A DNA stretch of 64,000 nucleotides from Burkholderiales bacterium (GTDB lineage Bacteria; Pseudomonadota; Gammaproteobacteria; Burkholderiales; SG8-41), in contig JAYQOT010000003.1 of the NCBI GenBank assembly GCA_038144955.1, positions 5,343 through 69,342 of the forward strand, written 5' to 3'. The first letter of the stretch is position 1. The number at the start of each line of letters is the position of its first letter. Below are positions 13,856-25,568 of the stretch, in pieces. The translations under genes were made by a program, and so were the position numbers. A model generated the notes under the pieces. It searched no databases and was not told where the DNA came from. It saw only the letters and a list, made by a program, of their open reading frames with translations.

Positions 13856-15751
13856 GTGATTTTGAACAATCTGATGAAAAACATGGCGGTATGGCTGGTC
13901 ATCGCGCTGGTGCTGATGACGGTGTTCAATCAGTTCAATGCGCGGCAGTCGACCCAGAAGGCCATGGAGTACTCGCAGTTCATCGACGAGGTGAAGCAGG
14001 GCAAGATCGCCAAGGTGACCATAGAGGGGCGAGTGGTGAAGGGCGTCAAGTCCACCGGCGAGAAATTCACCACCTACGCACCATCCGACATCTGGATGGT
14101 GACCGACCTGCTGAAAAACGGCGTGATCGTCGAGGCCAAGCCCGAGGACGAGCCCTCGCTGCTGATGAATATTTTTGTGTCCTGGTTCCCGATGCTGCTG
14201 CTGATCGGCGTCTGGATATTCTTCATGCGCCAGATGCAGGGTGGTGGTCGTGGCGGTGCGTTTTCGTTCGGCAAGAGCCGGGCGCGCATGCTGGATGAAA
14301 ACAACAACACGGTGACTTTTGCCGACGTTGCGGGTTGCGAGGAAGCCAAGGAAGAAGTCTCAGAGCTCGTGGAGTTTCTGCGTGATCCTTCCAAATTCCA
14401 GAAACTTGGCGGGCGTATCCCGCGCGGCGTGCTGATGGTCGGTAATCCCGGAACCGGCAAGACGCTGCTGGCGCGCGCCATTGCCGGCGAGGCCAAGGTG
14501 CCTTTCTTCTCGATCTCGGGTTCTGATTTCGTCGAAATGTTCGTCGGCGTGGGTGCGGCCCGCGTGCGTGACATGTTCGAGAATGCCAAGAAGCATGCCC
14601 CCTGCATCGTGTTCATTGACGAGATCGACGCGGTCGGTCGTCAGCGCGGCGCCGGCCTCGGTGGCGGCAACGACGAGCGTGAGCAGACGCTGAACCAGTT
14701 GCTGGTGGAAATGGACGGCTTCGAGGCGAATTCCGGCGTCATCATCATCGCTGCGACCAACCGTCCCGACGTGCTTGACCCTGCGCTGATGCGCCCGGGC
14801 CGTTTCGACCGCCAGGTGGTGGTGCCGCTGCCCGATATCCGTGGTCGCGAACAGATCCTTCTGGTGCACATGCGCAAGGTGCCGGTGGCCCCCGACGTCA
14901 AGGCCGACATCATCGGCCGCGGCACTCCGGGATTTTCCGGTGCCGATCTGGCCAATCTGGTAAACGAGGCAGCACTGTTTGCGGCTCGTGCGAACAAGCG
15001 CCTGGTTGATATGGACGATTTCGAGCGGGCCAAGGACAAGATCATCATGGGCGCGGAACGGCGTTCGATGGTGATGCCTGAACACGAGCGGAAAAACACC
15101 GCGTATCACGAGGCCGGCCATGCGCTGGTGGCACGACGACTGCCCAAGACCGATCCGGTGCACAAGGTCACCATCATTCCGCGCGGCCGTGCGCTGGGCG
15201 TGACCATGCAGTTGCCGACTGAAGACCGTTACAGCATGGACCGCGAGCAGATCCTGCAGAACATTTCGGTATTGTTCGGCGGCAGGATTGCCGAGGAAGT
15301 ATTCATGGGGCAGATGACCACCGGTGCCTCCAACGACTTCGAGCGTGCCACCGAGATGGCGCGCAACATGGTCATGCGCTGGGGCATGAGCGACAGCCTC
15401 GGCCCGATGGTCTACGGCGAGAACGAGGGCGAAGTCTTCCTTGGCCGTTCGATTACCACGCACAAGAACGTGTCGGAGACGACGATGCAGCAGGTAGATG
15501 CCGAAATCCGCCGCATCATCGATACCCAGTACAAGCTGGCGCGCCGCCTGATCGAGGAAGACCGCGACAAGGTCGAGGCAATGGCAAAGGCACTGCTCGA
15601 TTGGGAAACCATAGATGCCGACCAGATCAGCGACATCATGGAAGGCCGTCCGCCACGGTCGCCGAAACCGGTAGCCGCGCCGGTGCCCAAGCCGCCCAAG
15701 GACAGCACGCCGGGCGCTGCGGCGACCAATACGCCCGCTGCAGAAGCCTGA
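13856..15751 (+). CDS. ftsH: ATP-dependent zinc metalloprotease FtsH
   Basis: 631 aa with AAA+ Walker [15 protein letters not shown], and the zinc site HEAGHALV. The exact start (GTG 13856 or a nearby codon) is uncertain. Confidence 0.95.
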   Translation: MILNNLMKNMAVWLVIALVLMTVFNQFNARQSTQKAMEYSQFIDEVKQGKIAKVTIEGRVVKGVKSTGEKFTTYAPSDIWMVTDLLKNGVIVEAKPEDEPSLLMNIFVSWFPMLLLIGVWIFFMRQMQGGGRGGAFSFGKSRARMLDENNNTVTFADVAGCEEAKEEVSELVEFLRDPSKFQKLGGRIPRGVLMVGNPGTGKTLLARAIAGEAKVPFFSISGSDFVEMFVGVGAARVRDMFENAKKHAPCIVFIDEIDAVGRQRGAGLGGGNDEREQTLNQLLVEMDGFEANSGVIIIAATNRPDVLDPALMRPGRFDRQVVVPLPDIRGREQILLVHMRKVPVAPDVKADIIGRGTPGFSGADLANLVNEAALFAARANKRLVDMDDFERAKDKIIMGAERRSMVMPEHERKNTAYHEAGHALVARRLPKTDPVHKVTIIPRGRALGVTMQLPTEDRYSMDREQILQNISVLFGGRIAEEVFMGQMTTGASNDFERATEMARNMVMRWGMSDSLGPMVYGENEGEVFLGRSITTHKNVSETTMQQVDAEIRRIIDTQYKLARRLIEEDRDKVEAMAKALLDWETIDADQISDIMEGRPPRSPKPVAAPVPKPPKDSTPGAAATNTPAAEA

Positions 15752-15830
15752 GCGCTGCGCGATCGGGTTTCCGGATGGAACGGAAGTCAACGGCCGGAGT
15801 TGCCATAACCCGGCCGTTTCTTTTCCAGCG

Positions 15831-16670
15831 ATGAAATTTCTTCAGTGCGGCAAGTTCCGCCTGACGCTTGACCGGCCGCTGCTGATGGGGGTGGTCAACG
15901 TGACCCCCGATTCATTCTCGGATGGCGGACGCTATCTGCAGACTGCTGCCGCCGTAACCCATGCCCGGCAACTGGTGGCAGAAGGCGCGGACATTCTTGA
16001 TATCGGCGGGGAATCGACTCGTCCCGGTGCCGCACCAGTGTCGCTGGAGGAGGAGCGCCGGCGGGTGCTGCCGGTGCTGGAGGCACTGGCGGATGCCGGC
16101 CTGCCGCTGTCCCTGGATACGCAGAAACCCGAACTGATGCGGGAGGCGGCAGCTGCGGGGGTAGCCATGATCAACGACGTCAATGGTTTCGAGAGTGCAG
16201 GAGCCTTTGAGGCGGTCCTGGCAGGGGACAGTGCGATCTGCATCATGCATCGCCAGGGCAATGCCCAGACCATGCAGCAGTCGCCGCAATATGCCGACGT
16301 GGTCGATGAGGTGCATGCCTATCTGGAACAGCGCGTCGCTGCGGCACAACGCGCCGGCCTGGGTCGCGAGCGCATCGTGATCGACCCCGGTTTTGGTTTC
16401 GGCAAGACCCTGGACCATAATCTCGAATTGCTGCGTTTCATGGGGCGGCTTGCCGCAAGCGGAATTCCGGTGCTGGCGGGCCTGTCACGCAAGTCCATGA
16501 TCGGTGCGCTGACCGGTCGCGAAACCGGAGACCGGGTTTTTGGCAGCGTCGCAGCGGCACTGATCGCTGTCCAGCGTGGGGCGTGCATCCTCCGGGTGCA
16601 CGACGTTGCGGCCACGCGAGACGCGCTGGCGATATGGAACGCTGTAGAATCCGGTAAAAATCGCGATTAG
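15831..16670 (+). CDS. folP: dihydropteroate synthase
   Basis: 279 aa with [15 protein letters not shown] and [11 protein letters not shown] pterin-binding motifs. Confidence 0.9.
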   Translation: MKFLQCGKFRLTLDRPLLMGVVNVTPDSFSDGGRYLQTAAAVTHARQLVAEGADILDIGGESTRPGAAPVSLEEERRRVLPVLEALADAGLPLSLDTQKPELMREAAAAGVAMINDVNGFESAGAFEAVLAGDSAICIMHRQGNAQTMQQSPQYADVVDEVHAYLEQRVAAAQRAGLGRERIVIDPGFGFGKTLDHNLELLRFMGRLAASGIPVLAGLSRKSMIGALTGRETGDRVFGSVAAALIAVQRGACILRVHDVAATRDALAIWNAVESGKNRD

Positions 16671-16696
16671 ATTTTTTCCAATCCGGAGTTCATGGC

Positions 16697-18046
16697 TTGA
16701 GCAGAAAATATTTTGGCACCGATGGCGTGCGCGGACTGGTGGGGACGGATCCGATAACCCCGGATTTCGTCATGCGTCTGGGGCATGCCGCGGGCAGAGT
16801 GCTGGCGCGGAAAACCGCTGGGACAGAACGGCCGGCAGTGCTGATTGGCAAGGACACCCGGGTCTCGGGTTACATGCTGGAATCAGCGCTGGAAGCCGGG
16901 CTGTCGTCGGCTGGTGTCGACGTGCTGCTGATCGGACCGATGCCGACGCCAGGTGTTGCGTATCTGACACGCGCGCTGCGGCTGTCGGCGGGCATAGTCA
17001 TCAGCGCATCGCACAATCCTTACCAGGACAACGGCATCAAGTTTTTTTCCGCAGACGGCAACAAGCTGGCCGATGCCACCGAGTTGGCAATCGAGGCGGC
17101 GATGGCGGAGCCGCTGCGTTGCAAACCCTCATCGGGTCTGGGCAAGGCGCGCCGGGTCGACGACGCGGCCGGGCGCTATATCGAATTCTGCAAGAGTACG
17201 TTTCCGGGAGATCTGGACCTGCACGGACTGCGCATCGCGGTGGATTGCGCGCATGGCGCCGCGTACCACATTGCACCGCATGTCTTTCACGAGCTTGGTG
17301 CAGAGGTGGTGTCCGTGGGTGCCGAGCCGGACGGTTTCAACATCAACAAGGACGTCGGGGCGACTCATGCAGAATCTCTGCAGCGCGCGGTCAAGCGGGC
17401 CCGGGCCGACATCGGCATTGCGCTGGATGGCGACGGCGACCGGCTGATCATGGCCGATGCCGCGGGAAGGGTCTACGACGGTGATGAGCTGCTTTATGTG
17501 ATTGCCGCGCATCTCAAGCGTATGCGCATGTTCAAGGGTGGCGTGGTCGGTACGCAGATGACCAACCTCGCCATGGCGCAGGCGCTGGCGAAACTGAAAA
17601 TCCCGTTCGCCCGTGCCAAGGTGGGTGACCGCTATGTACTCGAGATGCTGCAGCAGCGTGGCTGGAAACTGGGTGGCGAGAATTCCGGTCACATCGTCTG
17701 CCTTGACCAGCACACCACGGGGGACGGCATCGTATCGGCACTGCAGGTGCTGCAGGCGCTGATCGCGGCAAAAACCACACTTACCAAGGCGGTGAATTTC
17801 AGCCTCTACCCCCAGGTCCTGGTCAATGTGCGGCTGAGCGGTGTCGCGGCGAGCGGTGTGATGGGTGCGAAAGAGGTGCAGGTGGCAGTTGCGGATGCCG
17901 AGCGCGCATTGGGAGCCTCCGGCCGCGTCCTGCTGAGGCCTTCCGGAACCGAGCCGGTGGTCCGGGTAATGGTCGAGGGCAGGTCCCGGCGCCAGGTCAC
18001 GCAACTGGCCAATACCATCGCACGTGCAGTGCGGAACGTGAAGTAA
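16697..18046 (+). CDS. glmM: phosphoglucosamine mutase
   Basis: 449 aa with [12 protein letters not shown] and the active-site [17 protein letters not shown] start; the upstream ATG hits a stop after two codons. Confidence 0.95.
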   Translation: MSRKYFGTDGVRGLVGTDPITPDFVMRLGHAAGRVLARKTAGTERPAVLIGKDTRVSGYMLESALEAGLSSAGVDVLLIGPMPTPGVAYLTRALRLSAGIVISASHNPYQDNGIKFFSADGNKLADATELAIEAAMAEPLRCKPSSGLGKARRVDDAAGRYIEFCKSTFPGDLDLHGLRIAVDCAHGAAYHIAPHVFHELGAEVVSVGAEPDGFNINKDVGATHAESLQRAVKRARADIGIALDGDGDRLIMADAAGRVYDGDELLYVIAAHLKRMRMFKGGVVGTQMTNLAMAQALAKLKIPFARAKVGDRYVLEMLQQRGWKLGGENSGHIVCLDQHTTGDGIVSALQVLQALIAAKTTLTKAVNFSLYPQVLVNVRLSGVAASGVMGAKEVQVAVADAERALGASGRVLLRPSGTEPVVRVMVEGRSRRQVTQLANTIARAVRNVK

Positions 18047-18207
18047 TACCGGCAGCAGTATTGCCCGGCCCAAAACCCGGCTTTGTCATCAGGCTGTCAT
18101 ACCGGGTTGGCATGCTCGTCTCCTTAATGCATTGCAGGTGATTCCTTTTCGCTTGTGGGTGCAGAAACCCGTGACAATTCCTGAACTGAATCTTGCTCGA
18201 TTCCCAG

Positions 18208-18711
18208 ATGAGTGAACCTATGGTTTACAACGTCCTTTTTCTTTGTACTGGTAACTCCGCGCGCAGCATCCTGGCCGAAGTCATGATGAACAGCATGGGC
18301 AAGGGACGCTTTCATGCCTACAGTGCGGGCAGCATGCCCAAGGGAGAGGTGCATCCTCTTGCGCTGGATCTTTTGGAAAAGAACCACCTGCCCATAGACG
18401 GTCTGCGCAGCAAGAGCTGGGAGCAATTCGCCCGGTCCGGTGCGCCGGCGCTGGACTTTGTTTTCACCGTCTGCGACAACGCCGCAGGCGAAGTCTGTCC
18501 GGTATGGCCTGGCCAGCCGATGACCGCGCACTGGGGTATCCCTGATCCTGCGGCGGCTGAAGGCGGCATCGAAGACAGACGCAGGGCGTTTTTCACCGCC
18601 TACAGCCAGTTGGGGGCGCGCATTTCGCTGTTCATCAATCTGCCGATCGACCGCCTTGACCGGATGACCCTGCAGAAAAAACTGCGGGATATCGGCAGCA
18701 CGAAATTATGA
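18208..18711 (+). CDS. arsC: arsenate reductase, LMW-PTPase (thioredoxin-coupled) type
   Basis: P-loop CTGNSARS near the N-terminus and a downstream Cys pair CDNAAGEVC. The start among ATG 18193, 18208 and 18220 is uncertain. Confidence 0.8.
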   Translation: MSEPMVYNVLFLCTGNSARSILAEVMMNSMGKGRFHAYSAGSMPKGEVHPLALDLLEKNHLPIDGLRSKSWEQFARSGAPALDFVFTVCDNAAGEVCPVWPGQPMTAHWGIPDPAAAEGGIEDRRRAFFTAYSQLGARISLFINLPIDRLDRMTLQKKLRDIGSTKL

Positions 18712-19379
18712 CCTTGGGTCGCCGCCTCGCAGCCGAAGCCCTGGGGACGGCGTTTCTTCTGGCCGCAGTGATTGGCTCGGGCATCATGGGCGAGCGCCTG
18801 GCCGGGGGTAATGTGGCGATTGCGCTGCTGGCCAATGCGATTGCCACCGGGGCCGCCTTGGTGGCCCTGATTCATGCTTTCGGTCCGGTGTCAGGTGCCC
18901 ATTTCAACCCTGCAGTGACGCTGGTAATGGCACTCCGTGGTCTGCTCTCGCGCCGTGACGCCTGCGCCTACGTGGCGGTGCAGGTGGCCGCGGCTTTTGC
19001 CGGCGTTGCCTGTGCGCATCTGATGTTCGGTGAACCGCTGTTCTCGGAATCGTTGAAGGTGCGCACTGGTGGGGCGCAGTGGTGGAGCGAAGTGGTGGCG
19101 ACTTTCGGGCTGATTGCAATGATTCTGGGCTGCCTGCGTTCACGTGCCGATGCCGTGCCCTATGTGGTCGGGCTGTATATAACCGCGGCCTACTGGTTCA
19201 CTGCATCCACTTCGTTTGCCAATCCGGCAGTCACGCTGGCGCGTGCTGCAAGCAATACGTTCGCCGGTATCCGTGCGCTGGATGCGCCGATGTTCATTGC
19301 TGCGCAACTGGCCGGCGCCTTGCTCGCATCGGCAGCGATGTGGTGGTTGCTGGGCGAAGAGCGTTCCGCATCCCGATAG
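18708..19379 (+). CDS. MIP-family channel (aquaporin/aquaglyceroporin-like)
   Basis: 223 aa with six predicted TM segments and two NPA boxes (HFNPAVT and ANPAVT). ATGA start/stop overlap with arsC. Confidence 0.8.
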   Translation: MTLGRRLAAEALGTAFLLAAVIGSGIMGERLAGGNVAIALLANAIATGAALVALIHAFGPVSGAHFNPAVTLVMALRGLLSRRDACAYVAVQVAAAFAGVACAHLMFGEPLFSESLKVRTGGAQWWSEVVATFGLIAMILGCLRSRADAVPYVVGLYITAAYWFTASTSFANPAVTLARAASNTFAGIRALDAPMFIAAQLAGALLASAAMWWLLGEERSASR

Positions 19380-19420
19380 CCTCACACGCGGGATCTGAGG
19401 TTCCGGGATTTTTCCTGCAA

Positions 19421-19438
19421 GTGTCATGAAGCTGTCAT
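19421..19438 (+). promoter_or_regulatory. Pho box (PhoB binding site) candidate
   Basis: GTGTCAT-GAAG-CTGTCAT: two 7-bp direct repeats with a 4-bp spacer (11-bp periodicity), matching the CTGTCAT-N4-CTGTCAT consensus. Located just upstream of pstS. Confidence 0.5.
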
Positions 19439-19506
19439 CTCTTCTGGCTACCATCGGTCTGGCACTCAAAAAGACCATGACTGAAAATTGTTCAGGAGAA
19501 AAGAAA

Positions 19507-20544
19507 TTGAAATTAGTCAATAAAATCATATCGTTATACATCGCCTCCCTGCTCGCGGCTGCAGGATCCGCTGCCGCAGCCGAAATTACCGGCGCTGGCG
19601 CCTCGTTTCCGAACCCGGTGTATTCCAAGTGGGCTGATGCCTACAACAAGGCCACCGGCCACAAGCTCAATTACCAATCGATCGGTTCTTCCGGCGGCGT
19701 ACGCCAGATCAAGGCGAAAACCGTGGATTTCGGTGCTTCCGATGCGCCGCTGAAGGCGGCCGATCTGCAGAAGGACGGCATGATCCAGTTTCCGACCGTG
19801 TTCGGCGCGGTGGTGCCGGTGATCAACCTCCCGGGCCTGAAACCCGGCGAGATGAAGCTCACCGGTGAGGTGCTCGGCGACATCTATCTGGGCAAGATCA
19901 AGAAATGGAACGATCCGGCGATCACCGCTCTGAACCCCGGGCTGAAATTGCCGGATACAGCTATCGGTGTGGTGCGTCGGGCCGATGGCTCGGGCACAAC
20001 TTCGATATTCACCAATTACCTGTCGAAAGTGAATGCCGAGTGGAAAGCGAAAGTTGGTGAAGGTTCGACGGTGCAATGGCCGGCGGGCCTGGGTGGCAAG
20101 GGCAACGAGGGCGTGTCGGCCTTTGTGCAGCGGCTGCCCGGGTCGATCGGTTATGTCGAGTTTGCCTACGCCAAGCAGAACAAGCTGCCGCATGCACAGT
20201 TGAAGAATGCTGCCGGCAATTTTGTCCAGCCGGGCGACGATACGATCCAGGCGGCGGCAACGGGCTGGGGTGCAGACGGCAACTACATCCACCCGACGGA
20301 TCAGAAGGGCGCGAAAGCGTGGCCGATCACCGGTGCGACCTACATCATCATCCACCAGAAAGCCGAGAAACCCGGGCAGACCGTCGAGGTCATGAAGTTT
20401 TTCGACTGGGCCTATAAAAACGGCGACAACCTGGCGCTGGAGCTGGACTACGTTCCCATGCCTGACAGCATGGTCAAGCAGATCCACGCTGCCTGGGCGG
20501 CGGTGAAGGATGCCTCTGGCAAGGCAGTGTGGCAGGCAAAGTGA
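19507..20544 (+). CDS. pstS: phosphate ABC transporter substrate-binding protein PstS
   Basis: The mature part AEITGAGASFPNPVYSKWA... is the PstS signature. The longest ORF starts at 19426, inside the Pho box. TTG 19507 follows the RBS AGGAGA (19494-19499) by 7 nt and yields an ideal signal peptide MKLVNKIISLYIASLLAAAGSAAAA. ATG 19477 is an alternative. Confidence 0.85.
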   Translation: MKLVNKIISLYIASLLAAAGSAAAAEITGAGASFPNPVYSKWADAYNKATGHKLNYQSIGSSGGVRQIKAKTVDFGASDAPLKAADLQKDGMIQFPTVFGAVVPVINLPGLKPGEMKLTGEVLGDIYLGKIKKWNDPAITALNPGLKLPDTAIGVVRRADGSGTTSIFTNYLSKVNAEWKAKVGEGSTVQWPAGLGGKGNEGVSAFVQRLPGSIGYVEFAYAKQNKLPHAQLKNAAGNFVQPGDDTIQAAATGWGADGNYIHPTDQKGAKAWPITGATYIIIHQKAEKPGQTVEVMKFFDWAYKNGDNLALELDYVPMPDSMVKQIHAAWAAVKDASGKAVWQAK

Positions 20545-20560
20545 ATTATCCTGCCGGTCC

Positions 20561-20589
20561 CAGGGGTGCTTGGCGCCCCTGATTTTTTT
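20561..20589 (+). terminator. stem-loop plus U-tract between pstS and pstC (partial terminator/attenuator)
   Basis: CAGGGGTGC-TTG-GCGCCCCTG followed by ATTTTTTT. Confidence 0.6.
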
Positions 20590-20624
20590 GACGTACCCGG
20601 AATGGTTCTTGCCGGAGATGAGCG

Positions 20625-21641
20625 ATGAATCTGCAGGTCACAGGTGAGCGTGTAGAATTGAGCGCGATGAACAATGCGCAGCCTGATACCGCAGTGCCCG
20701 TCCGCCGTAGCCAGATCCGGGATGTCGTTTTCTACAATATTGTTCGCGGCATAGCACTGCTGACGCTGCTGATACTGCTGGGCATCATCGCTTCGCTGAT
20801 CGTCAGTTCGTGGCCTTCGATCCAGAAATTCGGTTTTTCATTCATCTGGACGACAGACTGGAACCCGCCGGCTGAAAAGTTCGGTGCGCTGATTCCGATA
20901 TACGGCACCCTGGTCACCTCGGTTATTGCCCTGTTCATAGCGGTGCCAGTCAGCTTCGGCATTGCTCTGTTCCTGACTGAGCTATCTCCGGCCTGGTTGC
21001 GCCGCCCGCTGGGTACCGCCATCGAACTGCTCGCTGCAATTCCCAGCATCGTCTACGGCATGTGGGGTTTGCTGGTATTCGCGCCGCTGTTCGGCCAGTA
21101 CGTGCAACCGCTGCTGGCGGAGACGCTGGGGAAGCTGCCACTGATCGGTGTGCTGTTCGAGGGGGCGCCACTGGGAATCGGCCTGCTTGCTGCCGGGGTG
21201 ATACTGGCAATCATGATCATCCCCTTCATTGCCGCGGTAATGCGTGATGTTTTTGAGGTGACGCCGCCCATGCTCAAGGAATCTGCATATGGTGTGGGCG
21301 CCACGACCTGGGAGGTTATGTGGAATGTGGTTCTGCCCTATACCAAGGTCGGTGTCGTCGGCGGCATCATGCTGGGCCTGGGGCGCGCACTGGGCGAGAC
21401 CATGGCGGTCACGTTTGTAATCGGAAACACCAATCTGCTGGACAATGTCTCGCTGTTTTCCCCGGGCAACAGCATTACTTCAGCGCTGGCCAATGAATTT
21501 TCCGAAGCGGACCCGGGGCTGCACACTGCGGCGCTGATGGAGCTCGGACTGATCCTGTTCATGATCACATTCATGGTCCTGGCATTCTCCAAGTGGTTGC
21601 TGGCGAGGATGAAAATCAATGAAGGTTCTCCGGTAGCCTGA
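20625..21641 (+). CDS. pstC: phosphate ABC transporter permease PstC
   Basis: 338 aa polytopic permease with an EAA-like loop, in pstS-C-A-B order. Confidence 0.9.
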   Translation: MNLQVTGERVELSAMNNAQPDTAVPVRRSQIRDVVFYNIVRGIALLTLLILLGIIASLIVSSWPSIQKFGFSFIWTTDWNPPAEKFGALIPIYGTLVTSVIALFIAVPVSFGIALFLTELSPAWLRRPLGTAIELLAAIPSIVYGMWGLLVFAPLFGQYVQPLLAETLGKLPLIGVLFEGAPLGIGLLAAGVILAIMIIPFIAAVMRDVFEVTPPMLKESAYGVGATTWEVMWNVVLPYTKVGVVGGIMLGLGRALGETMAVTFVIGNTNLLDNVSLFSPGNSITSALANEFSEADPGLHTAALMELGLILFMITFMVLAFSKWLLARMKINEGSPVA

Positions 21642-21643
21642 CC

Positions 21644-22480
21644 ATGGATATCGTCAAACGTCGCAGGCTGGTCAACCGGCTGGCACTCTTTCTTTCCGTT
21701 TGCGCGATGGCATTCGGCGTGTTGTGGCTGGTCTGGATATTATTTGATGTTTTGCGACTGGGTGTCGGTGGTCTTTCACCGGCGCTGTTCACCAAGATGA
21801 CTCCTCCGCCGGGAGAGGATGGCGGTCTGCTCAATGCCATTGTCGGCAGCTTCATGATGTGCGGCCTGGCGATGCTGATCGGCACCCCGATCGGGGTGCT
21901 TGCGGGTATCTATCTGGGTGAGTACGGCCAGCGAGGCTGGCTGGGATCGACGACCCGTCTCATCAACGACATCCTGCTGTCTGCACCTTCGATCGTACTC
22001 GGTCTTTTCGTCTATGCCGTGGTGGTGGCGCGGACCGGCGGATTTTCCGGTTATGCCGGGGTTATCGCACTGACACTGATCGTTGTGCCCGTGGTAGTGC
22101 GCACCACTGAAAACATGCTGATTCTGGTACCCAATGGCATGCGCGAGGCTGCCTACGCCCTGGGCGCTCCAAAATATCATGTCATCCTCTCGGTCACCCT
22201 GCGCGCAGCCAGGGCCGGTGTGATGACCGGGGTGTTGCTGGCACTGGCGCGGATCGCCGGTGAAACTGCGCCACTGCTGTTCACGGCACTGTCCAACCAG
22301 TTCTGGTCACTGGATCTGGGCAAGCCCATGGCCAATCTGCCGGTCACCATTTTCAAATTTGCGATGAGTCCGTTCGAGGACTGGCAAAAGCTGGCGTGGG
22401 CCGGAGTGTTCCTGATCACGCTGGGCGTGCTGTTGATCAACATCATCGCACGTGTGGTGCTGAGGGAAGGGAGGCGGTAG
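21644..22480 (+). CDS. pstA: phosphate ABC transporter permease PstA
   Basis: 278 aa permease with [11 protein letters not shown]...REAAYALGA motif. Confidence 0.9.
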   Translation: MDIVKRRRLVNRLALFLSVCAMAFGVLWLVWILFDVLRLGVGGLSPALFTKMTPPPGEDGGLLNAIVGSFMMCGLAMLIGTPIGVLAGIYLGEYGQRGWLGSTTRLINDILLSAPSIVLGLFVYAVVVARTGGFSGYAGVIALTLIVVPVVVRTTENMLILVPNGMREAAYALGAPKYHVILSVTLRAARAGVMTGVLLALARIAGETAPLLFTALSNQFWSLDLGKPMANLPVTIFKFAMSPFEDWQKLAWAGVFLITLGVLLINIIARVVLREGRR

Positions 22481-23305
22481 ATGGTTTCCGTGAGGGCGTC
22501 AGCCGGAAGAGCGGCGGGTAATGAAGATCGTGCAATCGATGATGACCAGAAGACCGTGCACATCGCAGCACGCGGCGTCAACTTCTACTATGGTTCCTTT
22601 CAGGCGCTCAAGGATATTAATTGCGAGATATACAAACGCCATATCACGGCGTTTATTGGCCCCTCCGGCTGTGGAAAATCCACGTTCCTGCGCTGTTTCA
22701 ACAGGATGTTCGAACTTTACCCGGAGCAGAGAGCCGAGGGGGAATTGCTGCTAGATGGCGAGAACATCATCGGCAAGAAGGTCGATGCCACCACTTTGCG
22801 GGCCAAGGTAGGCATGGTGTTCCAGAAGCCGACACCATTTCCTATGTCCATCTATGACAATGTGGCCTGGGGCGTTTCGCTGCATGAGCGTTTGCCCAAG
22901 GCCATGTTGGACGAACGTGTTGAGTGGGCGCTGAAACGCGCGGCCCTCTGGGACGAGGTCAAGGGCATATTGGGGCAGAGTGGCATGAGTCTCTCAGGTG
23001 GGCAGCAGCAGCGCCTGTGCATTGCACGGGGTATCGCGGTGAAACCCGGTGTTTTGCTGCTCGACGAACCGACTTCTGCGCTCGATCCGATTTCCACGGC
23101 CAAGATCGAAGAGTTGCTGAATGAGTTGAAGCGGGATTTCACGATCGTCATTGTCACCCACAACATGCAGCAGGCCGCGCGCATTTCCGACTACACCGCG
23201 TACATGTATCTGGGCGAACTCATTGAATTCGGTCAGACCGATTCGATCTTCATCAAGCCGAAGAACAAGCAGACCGAGGACTACATTACCGGGCGTTTCG
23301 GCTGA
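22481..23305 (+). CDS. pstB: phosphate ABC transporter ATP-binding protein PstB
   Basis: Walker [10 protein letters not shown], signature [13 protein letters not shown], Walker [12 protein letters not shown]. Confidence 0.9.
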   Translation: MVSVRASAGRAAGNEDRAIDDDQKTVHIAARGVNFYYGSFQALKDINCEIYKRHITAFIGPSGCGKSTFLRCFNRMFELYPEQRAEGELLLDGENIIGKKVDATTLRAKVGMVFQKPTPFPMSIYDNVAWGVSLHERLPKAMLDERVEWALKRAALWDEVKGILGQSGMSLSGGQQQRLCIARGIAVKPGVLLLDEPTSALDPISTAKIEELLNELKRDFTIVIVTHNMQQAARISDYTAYMYLGELIEFGQTDSIFIKPKNKQTEDYITGRFG

Positions 23306-23439
23306 CGCCACGACTCCCGGCCCGGGTTGAACCGGCGCCGGATATTGAATCCACTGGGCTTTCTGCTGTCGAACCCGTATCTTTGTACCGCGGGCTTGGG
23401 TACAATATTCGGATAAACCGGCGCAGTTATAAATTACCG

Positions 23440-24369
23440 ATGAAAATCAAGGACTTGACAGGGGTTCGCGGCAGCATGGTAGCCATCGTCACTCCCATGA
23501 CGGAGGACGGCGCACTGGACTTTGATGCATTCCGCAGTTTGATCGACTGGCATATTGCCGAAGGCACTGACGGCATCGTCGTGGTGGGCACTACCGGCGA
23601 ATCGCCCACTGTGGATTTCGATGAACATCGGCAGCTGATCGAGATCGCTGTCCGGCATGCGGCAAAACGGGTGCCCATCATCGCGGGAACCGGTGCCAAT
23701 TCGACCAAGGAAGCCATCGAATTGACGGAGTATGCCAAGGCGGCCGGTGCCGACATGAGTCTTTCGGTTGTCCCGTATTACAACAAGCCGACCCAGGAAG
23801 GTCTTTACCGGCACTTCCGCAGCATTGCCGAGGCCGTGGATATTCCCCAGATTCTCTACAACGTGCCGGGGCGTACGGTGGCTGATCTGTCGAACGATAC
23901 CGCGTTGCGACTGGCACAGGTGCCGGGCATCGTGGGTATCAAGGATGCTACCGGCAATCTGGAGCGTGGCTCCGATCTTTTGCGGCGTCGCCCCGATACC
24001 TTTCACGTCTACAGCGGTGACGATGCCACGGGCATCGCGCTGATGTTGCTGGGAGGGGATGGTGTCATCTCCGTGACGGCCAACGTGGCGCCGCGCATGA
24101 TGCATGACATGTGCGCCGCAGCCCTGAGCGGCGAGGCAAACCAGGCGGTGAAATTGAACAACCAGTTGCTGGGATTGCATCGCCATTTGTTCTGTGAGGC
24201 CAATCCCATACCGGTGAAATGGGCGGTGCAGCAACTGGGCTTGATGAAGGGCGGGATCCGGTTGCCCTTGACCCCGCTGTCAGCCCAATATTACGAGTTG
24301 GTCCGAGGCGCCATGCAGCAGGCAGGTGTGGCGCCGATTTCTTCAGGGAAAAAGCATGTCGTTGCTTAA
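23440..24369 (+). CDS. dapA: 4-hydroxy-tetrahydrodipicolinate synthase
   Basis: [10 protein letters not shown]...[11 protein letters not shown]..., YNVPGRT motif and the [10 protein letters not shown] catalytic Lys region. Start moved to the internal ATG at 23440. Confidence 0.9.
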   Translation: MKIKDLTGVRGSMVAIVTPMTEDGALDFDAFRSLIDWHIAEGTDGIVVVGTTGESPTVDFDEHRQLIEIAVRHAAKRVPIIAGTGANSTKEAIELTEYAKAAGADMSLSVVPYYNKPTQEGLYRHFRSIAEAVDIPQILYNVPGRTVADLSNDTALRLAQVPGIVGIKDATGNLERGSDLLRRRPDTFHVYSGDDATGIALMLLGGDGVISVTANVAPRMMHDMCAAALSGEANQAVKLNNQLLGLHRHLFCEANPIPVKWAVQQLGLMKGGIRLPLTPLSAQYYELVRGAMQQAGVAPISSGKKHVVA

Positions 24370-25495
24370 AGCAGTTGCTGTAATGATGGTCGCCGCATCG
24401 GCGTTGGTGGGGTGTAAATCGGTTGAGATACCTACCAAAAAAATCGACTACAAATCCTCGACCAACCCCAAGCTGCCCCCGCTGGAAGTTCCGCCCGACC
24501 TGGCGCGTCCCAGTACCGATGACCGTTTCAGGATTCCAGACGTCAATCCCAAGGGGTCGGCCACCTATTCGGATTACAACAGGGAACGCACGGGCAAACC
24601 GCGGGTGTCCTCCGCCACGTCCGCAGTGCTACCCAAGATCGAAAATATCAGCATTGAGCGCGCCGGTACCCAGCGCTGGCTGGTGGTTCCCGGAACCCCG
24701 GAGAAAATCTGGCCCATCGTCAAGGAGTTCTGGCAGGAAAACGGCTTTCTGGTGAATGTCGAAATGCCTGAAGCCGGCGTCATGGAAACGGACTGGGCCG
24801 AAAATCGCGCGAAAATTCCCGAAGGCGGTCTTCGCGGTTTGCTCGGCGGTTTTCTGAACAGCATGTATTCCACCAGCGAACGTGACAAGTTCCGCACCCG
24901 TCTTGAACCCGGAGCACAGCCCGGGACCACGGAAATTTATGTCAGCCATCGCGGCATGGAAGAGGTTTTCATTAACGAAACTAAAGACCAGCTGCGTTGG
25001 CAACCACGGAAACCGGACCCGGACCTTGAGGCGACGATGCTGCGCCAGATGATGGTCCGTTTAGGGGTGCAGGAGGAGCGTGCCAGTGCCCAGATAGCAT
25101 CCGTAAAACTGGATCCGCAGGCGAAAATTGAGCGCGGCAGTGAAGGTGGACGGTTGTCTTTGACCGACCAGTTCGACCGCGCCTGGCGCAGGGTAGGCCT
25201 AGCGCTGGATAGGGTCGGCTTTACCGTTGAGGACCGTGATCGTTCCAAGGGTCTGTATTTCGTTCGTTACATAGATCCGGATTCGGATCTGAAAACAGCC
25301 GAAAACAAGAGCTGGCTATCCAAGCTGATGTTCTGGCGCAGTACCGAGAAGGTTCCCAGCAAGGAACAGTACCGCATTCTGGTTCAGGGGGATGCAAAAG
25401 GGAGCGAAGTCCGGATTCTCGACAAGAACGGCAGCAGGGAGCAGTCTGATACCGCCAACCGGATCTTGACCCTGCTCTACGATCAATTGAAGTGA
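24356..25495 (+). CDS. bamC: outer membrane protein assembly factor BamC (NlpB lipoprotein)
   Basis: Lipobox ALVGC and the PPLEVPPDL motif. The conserved dapA-bamC adjacency supports the call. Start moved to ATG 24356. Confidence 0.75.
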   Translation: MSLLKAVAVMMVAASALVGCKSVEIPTKKIDYKSSTNPKLPPLEVPPDLARPSTDDRFRIPDVNPKGSATYSDYNRERTGKPRVSSATSAVLPKIENISIERAGTQRWLVVPGTPEKIWPIVKEFWQENGFLVNVEMPEAGVMETDWAENRAKIPEGGLRGLLGGFLNSMYSTSERDKFRTRLEPGAQPGTTEIYVSHRGMEEVFINETKDQLRWQPRKPDPDLEATMLRQMMVRLGVQEERASAQIASVKLDPQAKIERGSEGGRLSLTDQFDRAWRRVGLALDRVGFTVEDRDRSKGLYFVRYIDPDSDLKTAENKSWLSKLMFWRSTEKVPSKEQYRILVQGDAKGSEVRILDKNGSREQSDTANRILTLLYDQLK

Positions 25496-25568
25496 GGGCT
25501 TTGCGCTTGTTGCCTGCCCGTAACCCCCGGCCGCAGGTTTTCCCCTCCAGTTTTCCGATTTTTCGCCG

